DNA from: Octopus sinensis
Taxonomy: Eukaryota
NCBI RefSeq assembly: GCF_006345805.1
Contig: NW_021827781.1
Location: 1-9,688, forward strand
DNA length: 9,688 bases
Direction: 5' to 3'
Both the position numbers and the translations under genes were made by a program. Positions 1-7,988 of the stretch are shown here, in pieces (position 1 is the stretch's first letter; every line of letters begins with the position of its first letter). The notes under the pieces are model-generated. The model saw only the letters and a program-made list of their open reading frames with translations, did no database searches and was not told where the DNA came from.

Positions 1-136
1 ACACCTACACCGTACGCCTGTTTACCTCTCCCGTTATAAATCACACTATAGAGCGACTTGCAAAGGAACCGCTACGCGGTCATGCAATTTGCTGGAAATA
101 CGGAGAGGTTTGTTTGACAGAGGTGTGAAAAGCAAC

Positions 137-192
<56 letters not shown>
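137..192. repeat. (GA)n microsatellite grading into (GACA)-like and purine-rich sequence to ~430
   Basis: Near-perfect AG run 137-192 with one interruption at ~151; followed by GACA/GGCA variants. ORFs 46-243, 80-529 and 262-456 are translations of this tract. Confidence 0.97.
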
Positions 193-195
<3 letters not shown>

Positions 196-710
196 ACAGA
201 CAAACAGACAGGCAGGCCGGCAGAGACAGAGACATACAGACATACAGAGAGTAGTTGAAGTTTAGAGACACCAGAATTGAGAGAGAACGAAAGAAATAGA
301 GAATAGTGAAAGAGTGGATGATAATGATGGAAGCAAAAAAAGACGGAGAGATCCAGAGGAATGTAAGACAGTCGTAGAAGAAGAGAGAAGTAGGTGTGGG
401 ATTTTGTACAGAGAGAAGAGAATGAGAAGGAGGTGATGGGTGATTAAGGAAATCATGAATATTGAGAATAACGACTGACGACTTTGACATTTCGCAATGA
501 CTGCTGGGATACATAAAAAAAGAGATCACCGCCCTAATATGAACGAGGTGACCTTCCTCAGGGGTCTGTCAAAAACATAAAAGGCATCTATCAAACTTCC
601 AAATCACAAGGTTGCATGCTCGAATCTCATCCTGGTTATTGGTGTTGTTTAAACCTTGGTCAGACATGATCAACGGTATTCAAGACAAGGTCAAGACATA
701 TCCTTACGTC

Positions 711-803
711 TTATCTTTTACACCCGAAAGGGTATAAGGGAGAGTCGACCTCGGCGGTATTTGAACTCTGAACGTAAAGTTGGAAGAAATGCCTAGAAGC
801 AAT
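711..803 (-). mobile_element. SINE family A internal fragment (tRNA-derived type)
   Basis: CCCGAAAGG...AGTCGACCTCGGCGGTATTTGAACTCTGAACGTAAA aligns with 1880-1936 (AGTCGACCTCAGCGGGATTTGAACTCAGAACGTAAA) and is the reverse complement of the B-box region (GAGTTCAAAT) of the copies at 2281 and 6957. Confidence 0.85.
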
Positions 804-872
804 GGGGGAAGAATGATGCAATTAGATCTATGCTATAAAACATCAACAATAGGAATGAATAGGTACTTAACT
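792..872 (+). mobile_element. R4/Dong-clade LINE relic, segment 1 (post-RT/thumb region)
   Basis: Translates PRSNGGR-MMQLDLCYKTSTIGMNRYLT, matching the LYLPRxxGGRGL..L...K...IGL..YL pattern I recognise from R4-clade ORFs; colinear with the downstream segment at 1012. Confidence 0.75.
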
Positions 873-1013
873 AGTGGCTGTGTGGTAAGTAGCTTGCTTA
901 CCAACCACATGGTTCCGGGTTCAGTTCCACTGCGTGACATCTCGGACAAATGTCTTCTACTATAGCCTCGAGCCCACCAAAGCCTTGTGAGTGGATTTAG
1001 TAGACAGAAACTG
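873..1013 (+). mobile_element. SINE family B, 5' tRNA-like half, nested in the LINE and 3'-truncated
   Basis: A-box-like TGGCTGTGTGG (875-885), B-box-like GGTTCAGTTCC (918-928). The end GGATTTAGTAGACAGAAACTG (993-1013) matches 7579-7599 at 18/21. Resembles tRNA-derived Octopus SINEs (OK/OR1/OR2 were described; the exact family is not assigned here). Confidence 0.85.
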
Positions 1014-1789
1014 GCTGAGGTTCTAGATTGAGAACAGAGATTGAAGGTTTCATACTGACGGCAACAGAGCAAAACTTGTTTATCAGTAATTATTACTGTT
1101 CTTCAAACAGGTGCTGAGCCAATATTTAGGTTCTGTGACACATTTGTTGAAACAATAGACCATCTTGTTTTGGAGTGCCATGTGTTAACACGAAACGAAT
1201 ATAAAAATCGCCGCAATTGGGTAAGGTAGTATTTACATTGGAAATTATGTAAAAATATCATCATCTTCTGGGATTTTCCAATCAACACTGACAGAACAAT
1301 CCAGGCTGTGTGATCAGACAAAATTATTAAAGACAAAGAAGAAAAACTTGTAGACTGATAGATGTAAGTGTCTTTATTGATAAAAAAATATATCGTTAAA
1401 GGAATTTGACAAACTTAGTAAATCTAAAAAAAATATAAGGAAATATAAGGAAATATAAAGTAAAAACTGTTCCTGCTATTGTAGGTTTTCTAGGTATGAT
1501 ATAAAAGGGATGTCAGTAACATCCAGATAATATCCCAGGAGAACCATATTTCACAGAAATCTAAATGACTGTGTTGATAAACTATCGACATCATTAGAAA
1601 AAAATCTATCAATTTAAATAAATATTTCAGTTGTATTATATGGATGAATTTCTGTATTGTCCTCCCTACTTCCCTTCTCTAAGCTTTCAGTTATATTTCA
1701 ACATCTCTTGACTTTCACTTGCTCTAGGGCTCTGGGTTCCGACAAGTGATTGCATCAAAGATGCATATTAATAAAATAATAATAATAAT
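1012..1789 (+). mobile_element. R4/Dong-clade non-LTR retrotransposon 3' relic: CCHC knuckle + restriction-like endonuclease remnant, 3' UTR, (TAA)n tail
   Basis: With stops/frameshifts: WLR-SRLRTEIEGFILTATEQNL; FRFCDTFVETIDHLVLEC (1125-1178, CCHC with first Cys TGT>TTT); EYKNRRNWVR*YLHWKLCK; IFWDFPINTDRTIQAV*SD (PD>SD); TCRLIDVSV; SLKEFDKLSK; KVKTVPAIVGFLGMI*KGCQ*HPDNIPGEP; ends TAA 1615-1617. This order is typical of RLE-type (R2 group, R4 clade) elements. Confidence 0.9.
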
Positions 1790-1995
1790 GTCAAATTGTG
1801 GCACGAGCCAGCAAGCTCAGGGACGGGGTAAGTCGATGACATCGACCCCAGTGTTCAACTGGTACATATTTTATCGAATCCAGAAAGAGGAAAGGCAAAG
1901 TCGACCTCAGCGGGATTTGAACTCAGAACGTAAAAACGGACGAAATACCGCTAGGTGTTTTGCCTGGCATGCTAACGATTCTGCCAGCTCACCGT
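1790..1995 (-). mobile_element. SINE family A, near full-length copy
   Basis: Minus strand reads ACGGTGAGCTGGCAGAATCGTTAGC (A-box-like) ... GAGTTCAAATCCC (B box) ... GTGCCACAATTTGAC then (ATT)n; homologous over its length to 2281-2496. Confidence 0.92.
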
Positions 1996-2007
1996 TTTAA
2001 AATGCTA

Positions 2008-2163
2008 GTTTCAATTTTTGGCACAACGCCAGCAATTCTGGTGAGGGAATAAGTTGCTTACATAAACCCCAGACTTAAACTTGTACTTATTTCATGGACC
2101 TCGCTGGTGATGAAAGTCAAAGCCGACCTCGGTGGAATTTGAACTCAGCACGCAAGGACGGAG
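2008..2163 (-). mobile_element. SINE family A, 5'-truncated copy, head-to-tail with the 1790-1995 copy
   Basis: 2008-2037 is the reverse complement of 2466-2495 at 28/30; contains GCCGACCTCGGTGGAATTTGAACTCAG (B box); homology stops at ~2163. Confidence 0.9.
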
Positions 2164-2223
2164 GACATAATAATGAAAGAAGTTGTCCTGCGTATTTCAG
2201 TCCTTGTGCCTATTGTAGAAAGG

Positions 2224-2280
<57 letters not shown>
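2224..2280. repeat. (ATT)19 microsatellite
   Basis: Perfect 57-nt ATT run directly abutting the SINE 5' end. Confidence 0.98.
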
Positions 2281-2496
2281 GGCGTGCTGGAAGAATCCTT
2301 AGCACGTCGGGCAAAAAGGTTTAGTAACATTGCATTTCGCCCGGCTTCACCTTCCGAGTTCAAATTCCGCGGAGATCCACTTTGCCTTTCATCCTTTCGG
2401 GGTTCAATAAAATAAATACTATTTGGACACTGGGGTCCATGTAATCGACTTTACCCTTTCCTCGAAATTGCTGGCATTGTGCCAAAATTTGAAACC
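2281..2496 (+). mobile_element. SINE family A, full-length copy embedded in ATT tracts
   Basis: GGCGTGCTGGAAGAATCCTTAGC head, B box GAGTTCAAATTCC (~2356-2368), body TTTGCCTTTCATCCTTTCGGGG...GTAATCGAC, end GTGCCAAAATTTGAAACC followed by ATT repeats. Confidence 0.93.
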
Positions 2497-2573
2497 ATTA
2501 TCCTTATCATTATTATTATCATTAGTATTATTATTATTATCATTGTTATTATTATTACTATTATTATTATTGA

Positions 2574-2636
<63 letters not shown>

Positions 2637-2680
2637 TATTATTATTACTATTATTATTATTATTATTGTTGTTGTTGTTG

Positions 2681-2720
<40 letters not shown>
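2497..2720. repeat. Compound (ATT)n tract with ATC/ACT variants and a (GTT)5 block
   Basis: Direct reading; explains the poly-N/poly-L/poly-I ORFs at 2419-2784. Confidence 0.97.
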
Positions 2721-2722
<2 letters not shown>

Positions 2723-3519
2723 CCGTCATAAATAATAATGTCCATATTATTGTGCCTGTTACAATTTACGACAAGTGAATGCACTAATAACTACATAACG
2801 CAGAGTTGATAGATTTACAACCGTTAATAATGGCGACGGTAGAAAGCTATTTAGCTCGGAAATAAATCAAGAAACGTGATCTAATTTATGAATGAAATAA
2901 AAGTATTTTGTGTAAGCATACGAACTGATATATGTACACATATAGATGTATAAGCCATTGTAAGTGATATGGGAAGATAGATGGTTTGTAATAAATATTT
3001 GACTTAAATGCTCAGTAAATGTAATTTACTACATTTTCTCAATGGCAGCCGAGTAATCTTTGTCAAAAGAATATGGGCACGAAAATTACAACGAATATTA
3101 TTCATCTTACGCACTTTAGCACGAAGAACTATACTTCATTTAAGATTGTAAGGTTTTAATTACGCATTCTTCGATCAAATTTATGAAGGCAAAAGAGTCT
3201 GTTGGGTCCTGCCATGGTATTGAAAGGAATGTACATGCAAATAAAATCTTGATTTAAACGGGTTTGTGGACATAAGTTTTAAGTCGTCATTGGTGCACAA
3301 TATCTTAGGTTACGAAGTGATATTCTGGAGGTAGCTTTTGAGATCAGTGAAGTTGCCCGAGTTGGTTCTGTTTACTAAGTTTAGACCTGCTATAACGAGC
3401 TAAATATAATCTAAATTTACTCGTAATTAAATTAAAAGCTTTAATGGCTTACAAGAAAATGCATCATAACGTACTTAAAGACGACATAAGCCAAAGGAGA
3501 AGCGACTATAATATTAAAC

Positions 3520-3725
3520 ATGTGTGAGTACCAGGCCGTGTTTTCTTTTTCTGTCTTGCTTCATTAGGTTGAGAGCTAAGGAGAGTTACGCAGGAGATTT
3601 TATTTCTGAAGAAGTTTTTGACCAAAGGACTCATTATTATAGTGAAATGGTTCTTCTTAGCCGAAAGTTGGAAACGACTGAGATGTTTAGGATAAGGGTA
3701 TTAATAATATGTTGGCTAGAATGTG
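3520..3725 (+). repeat. Short interspersed-repeat-like unit ending at a (CA)n(TA)n tract; CTGAAGA...GAAAC motif pair (possibly Penelope-derived)
   Basis: Complex sequence terminating directly in a microsatellite; CTGAAGA 3606-3612 and GAAAC 3671-3675. Repeat status rests on recollection of Octopus repeats; there is no second copy in the window. Confidence 0.4.
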
Positions 3726-3729
3726 TATG

Positions 3730-3744
3730 CACACACACACACAC

Positions 3745-3816
<72 letters not shown>
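3730..3816. repeat. (CA)n followed by perfect (TA)33
   Basis: TA run 3751-3816. Confidence 0.98.
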
Positions 3817-3818
<2 letters not shown>

Positions 3819-4000
3819 TTAATCCAAACAAGAAAACACAGAAAAAAAGAGAATAAAACACAACAACGCGGGCGTGGAACAATTAAAGTATTATTGACGC
3901 TCAGGAAAGAAGGGAAGGAGGGATTAACGTTTCGAGCGGAGCTCTTCGTCGGAAACAAGGAGAAGGAAAGATCCCAAGAAGGGAAGACAGAGGAAAAAAT
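3817..4000 (-). mobile_element. Non-coding hammerhead-bearing repeat (Penelope-like pLTR-derived / retrozyme-like), subfamily 1
   Basis: Second copy in window at 9037-9128 (CAACAACGCG..G.CGTGG.ACA....GTATTA..GACGCT.AGGAAA); contains a hammerhead fold; minus-strand 3' end (…GTTTGGATTAACT) runs straight into (TA)33. Confidence 0.7.
3922..3956 (-). ncRNA. Minimal type I hammerhead ribozyme-like motif (degenerate)
   Basis: Minus strand: GUUU-CCGACGA-A-GAGC-UCC-GCUC-GAAAC-GUU-AAUC. Core CUGANGA with U4>C, stem II GAGC/GCUC, GAAA, palindromic ACGU stem III, NUH = GUU, stem I GUUU/AAUC with one mismatch. Confidence 0.7.
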
Positions 4001-4235
4001 ATTTGAGCTATATATTAATATATATATTAATGTGTGTGTATTGTTTGTGTAAAAGCGGAACTGTAAAGTGTTATCTAAATATTCAATTCAACCATTTTCT
4101 CAATGTGTCTGTTCGTTTGGTTTTGGATTATAGTGAAGCTAAAATGCTACCTAAACAAGTTAATACTGTGACTGATGTAGGTCTTCCTGCCTGTTGTGAT
4201 ATCACAGTCACTATATTAATTAAGTGAGAGATATC

Positions 4236-4370
4236 AGTGTGTTTGTGCGTGCACGTGTGTGTGTGTATTTGTGTATTTGTGTGTGTGTTTCTATACACGC
4301 ATATATGTGTGTGTGAGAATCCGTATACATATATAGGTGTATGTGTGTGTGTGTGTGTGTGTGTGTTGGG
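4236..4370. repeat. Degenerate (TG)n/(TA)n compound microsatellite
   Basis: Direct reading. Confidence 0.92.
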
Positions 4371-4458
4371 TTTGTGCATATGTTCTTTTAAATTTAGAGA
4401 AATCTGGTTGAAACACTCGTGTCTTTGTTATGTTTACATGAAATGAAGAAAAATCTTT

Positions 4459-4920
4459 CTCCTCCTCCTCCTTCTCACCACCCCACGACCACCACCCCTA
4501 CCACCACCACCACCACCACCACCACCACCAAAACACCAGTCCTATCATCACAACCTCCACCACTAACACAAACCGCCGCACCATCACCATTTTCATCGCC
4601 ATCATCATCACTTCGTCACAACCACTGTCATTATTATCATCATCATCATTATCATCGTCTCCTCCTCCTCCTCCTCCTCACCCACTTTTTCATTATCATT
4701 ATCGCCATCATCATCATTATCATCGTTATCGTCATTATTATCATCATCATCATTACCATCCCCATCACCACCGACAACATTCTCGCCACTGCCATTATCC
4801 CCATCACCACCACATTCATCATCGTCATCATCACAACTATCACCACCACCACCACCACCATCACCACCACCACCACCATCACCATCATCATCATCATCAT
4901 CATCATCGTCATTATCATCA

Positions 4921-4968
<48 letters not shown>
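4459..4968. repeat. Compound trinucleotide mosaic (CCT/CAC/CAT/TAT/CGT blocks), ending in a long (CAT)n run
   Basis: Direct reading; source of the 268-aa low-complexity ORF 4419-5225 and its antisense ORFs. Confidence 0.95.
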
Positions 4969-5254
4969 GAGTTTGCTGTTCTAATATACGTGAAAGTGTT
5001 CGTAAGCATTCAATGCAACACGACACCGAATGCCTTGTGGTATTCACTTTCACCCCTATACATTCTGGATTTCAAACTGCAGCTGTGATCAACAGTAATT
5101 TCCAGCATAATCAGCACTTTCTACGCTTTATATGTGTGTGTGTGTGTGTGTGTTTGTTATTCCAGCTTATTTTAGTCATTGTATTATATTTTTATATTTT
5201 TGTTTTTATGTTTTGTTTTCTATAAACGTAACAAAACATGCCACCAACAAGATA

Positions 5255-5382
5255 CATGTACACATATGCATACATACGCACAAACACACACTTATACACA
5301 CACGCAAATATGGGTATGCGTGTGTGTATGCATGTATATACGTGTGTGTATACACACCCACCCACACACACATACGCACACG

Positions 5383-5424
<42 letters not shown>

Positions 5425-5483
5425 ACATACATGTATATATATGCATATATGATATATGTATGCATATATAATGTATTATATGC

Positions 5484-5520
<37 letters not shown>

Positions 5521-5646
5521 GCATATGTAAATTCGTATATATGTGCCTCTGTGTGCGTAGGTGTATATATATATATATTATATAAAAATATATATGTGCG
5601 TGTATATGTATATGTATGTATATATGTATATATATGCATATCTGTA

Positions 5647-5685
<39 letters not shown>

Positions 5686-5756
5686 TATATGGATGCGTGT
5701 GTGTGTATGAATGTATGTACGTACGTTATGTACGTATACATGTATATAAACATACA

Positions 5757-5790
<34 letters not shown>
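5255..5790. repeat. Compound (CA)/(TG)/(TA)/(TACA) microsatellite field
   Basis: Direct reading; a (TG)n run also lies at ~5133-5152. Confidence 0.96.
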
Positions 5791-5791
<1 letters not shown>

Positions 5792-5939
5792 GTAAATATG
5801 TCAGCGCATCTGTGCATTTATATCTGTCCATTATGTCTGCATTTGTTTTCCCAATGCCTCATGTATATCTTCAGAAGCCATCAGTTTTTTTTTCTCTCCT
5901 TCTAACTGCATAAGTATGCATTCACACCCCCAGACACGA

Positions 5940-6030
5940 CCACACACACACACACACACATGCATACATACACACACAACACACACACACACATGCATAC
6001 ATACACACACACACACATTCACTCACACGC
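5940..6030. repeat. (CA)n with a duplicated TGCATACATA interruption (period 33 nt)
   Basis: TGCATACATA at 5961-5970 and 5994-6003 within CA runs. Confidence 0.93.
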
Positions 6031-6209
6031 ACATATCCATATTCATGTCTCGTAAGCCAGAAATACATTCAGTTCAGAGAAAACTAGTTCTTTATTCTAC
6101 AAATGTTCAAATGCTTTGCTTCTATCTTTGGTGTAGCAGTCTTGTCCAAGACATTGCTTTCTGTGCCGAATACACCCACTTATTCTCAATTCCACACCCT
6201 ATTTACATA

Positions 6210-6262
6210 GACCACACACACACAATACACAGACATATATATATATAATATATATATATAAT

Positions 6263-6298
<36 letters not shown>

Positions 6299-6456
6299 GC
6301 CACAGCATACTTAATTGTTCTGATTACTATCAGACAGCTGATGACGGCAGTTTCCTTCAACTGAAGCTGTCTGCAGGATACATACATAATACATACATAC
6401 ATCATACATACATACATACATACATATATTATATATATATTAATATAATATATATA

Positions 6457-6531
<75 letters not shown>

Positions 6532-6685
6532 ATATATATATATGTACATATATATATATATGTATAGTTAGTGATCTATCGTAGCCTGAGTCATTATGGC
6601 CAAAACAAGCTAAATAACACACACAAACAAACACACACACGCACACACACATACACACACATACACACACACACATACTCACACA
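6210..6685. repeat. (CA)/(TA)/(TACA) microsatellite field with two short complex islands (~6299-6377, ~6566-6615)
   Basis: Direct reading. Confidence 0.93.
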
Positions 6686-6956
6686 TGGCATATCTTAATT
6701 TCAGAACATTGGAATCCCGGGAGAAAGAACAGTTTTTCGATACACACAATTGATAGCAGATATTTTACACAAGCATTACCGGAATAATATATAAAAAAAA
6801 GGCTCATCACACAAAACGTTCTCCTCCCATTCGGCAATAAAAAACAAAACGCAACACTTCCTATGCATATTCTACACAATGAGCACTCTATTAAAATATG
6901 ACCACACACACTCCGTTGCTGTGAAACATCTGACACTTCATTAATAACTAAAACGA

Positions 6957-7171
6957 AGCGGCCAGTTGGCAAAACCATTAGCACGCCGTACGAGATGCTC
7001 AAAGGCATTTCGTCTGTCTTTACGTTCTGAGTTCAAATTCTACCGAGGACGAGCTTGTCTTTCATCCTTTTGGGATCGATAAAATTAATAGCAGTCAAGC
7101 ACTGAGCTTGATGTAATCGACCTGCCGCCTTTGTTCAAATTTTCTGGCCTTTTGCCAATAGTAAAAAAGAT
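6957..7171 (+). mobile_element. SINE family A, diverged near full-length copy
   Basis: AGCGGCCAGTTGGCAAAACCATTAGCACG head, TACGTTCTGAGTTCAAATTC B box, TTTCATCCTTTTGGGATCGATAAAAT, GATGTAATCGAC; homologous to 2281-2496. Confidence 0.9.
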
Positions 7172-7338
7172 AAAAACCTAGCATGTTTTATAGTTCACAT
7201 AATTTCCATTCAATATTATTGAACGCTATAACACAGTCGCCTCCCAGCACTAAAATACAAAACACAAACCATTATCTAACAATAGAAAACAAGACACACG
7301 GCACATCTCACAGTTACCGCCTAACACTAAAACGTATT

Positions 7339-7545
7339 CCGTATTTTGCGGCGTATAAATCGGCGTAGTTTATGATAAGTGTATAATAATGTATAGTTTA
7401 TAGTGTAGACGTGTAGTGCAAACGATCAAACATCTTCGATATCTTTCCAATGTTGCTGCATTTCACATGGAATTTTGGTTCTCCAAAGTCGTCTTAGTGT
7501 ATAAATCGACCTGCCGTTTTGGCTGTAAATTTCGGTGTGAATATT
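7339..7545 (+). mobile_element. Putative Tc2/pogo-like (Tc1-mariner superfamily) DNA transposon terminus, orphan
   Basis: Begins CCGTATTTTGCGGCGTATAAATCG, resembling CCGTATTT...TATAAG TIRs of Tc2/pogo-type elements; internal direct repeat GTATAAATCG at 7353-7362 and 7499-7508. No matching opposite TIR found, and the 5' flank is TT rather than TA. Confidence 0.5.
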
Positions 7546-7576
7546 CGACTTCTATCTATTTTCTTACTTTGTTTCT

Positions 7577-7618
7577 TTGGATTTGGTAGACGGAAACAGA
7601 AAGAATCCTGTCATGTAC

Positions 7619-7702
<84 letters not shown>

Positions 7703-7754
7703 GTGTGTGTGTGTGTGTGTGTATGTGTTTGTGTTTGTGTTTGTGCATGAAAGA

Positions 7755-7801
<47 letters not shown>

Positions 7802-7931
7802 CATATATACATATATTGATATACACATATATACATATATAAATGTATAGATAGACACATAGACAGACAGACAGATAGATAAACACGTGCGTGTTTGTTT
7901 GTGTGTGTGTGTGTGTATGTGTATGTATGTG

Positions 7932-7988
<57 letters not shown>

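Noticed and set aside
53-103. GCGACTT...GGAAATACGG as a right TIR partner of the 7339 Tc2-like end
   Set aside because: Only short terminal similarity, the middle does not match, and it lies upstream facing away, so it cannot close the same element.
600-672. Possible decayed SINE head (CACAAGGTTGCATGCTCGAATCTC...CCTTGGTCAGACA)
   Set aside because: Only a loose B-box resemblance, no second copy in the window; too weak to list as a feature.
780-965. 61-aa ORF MEEMPRSNGGR... as a gene
   Set aside because: Chimera of a SINE A fragment, LINE relic and SINE B; the start codon comes from the SINE part.
3032-4105. Identical 13-mer CATTTTCTCAATG at 3032-3044 and 4093-4105
   Set aside because: About one such match is expected by chance in 9.7 kb of AT-rich DNA; flanks do not align.
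6331-6373. SECIS element or C/D snoRNA
   Set aside because: The helix above the AUGA/GA quartet is far too short and lacks the apical AA; C-D spacing of 16 nt is too short for a guide snoRNA.
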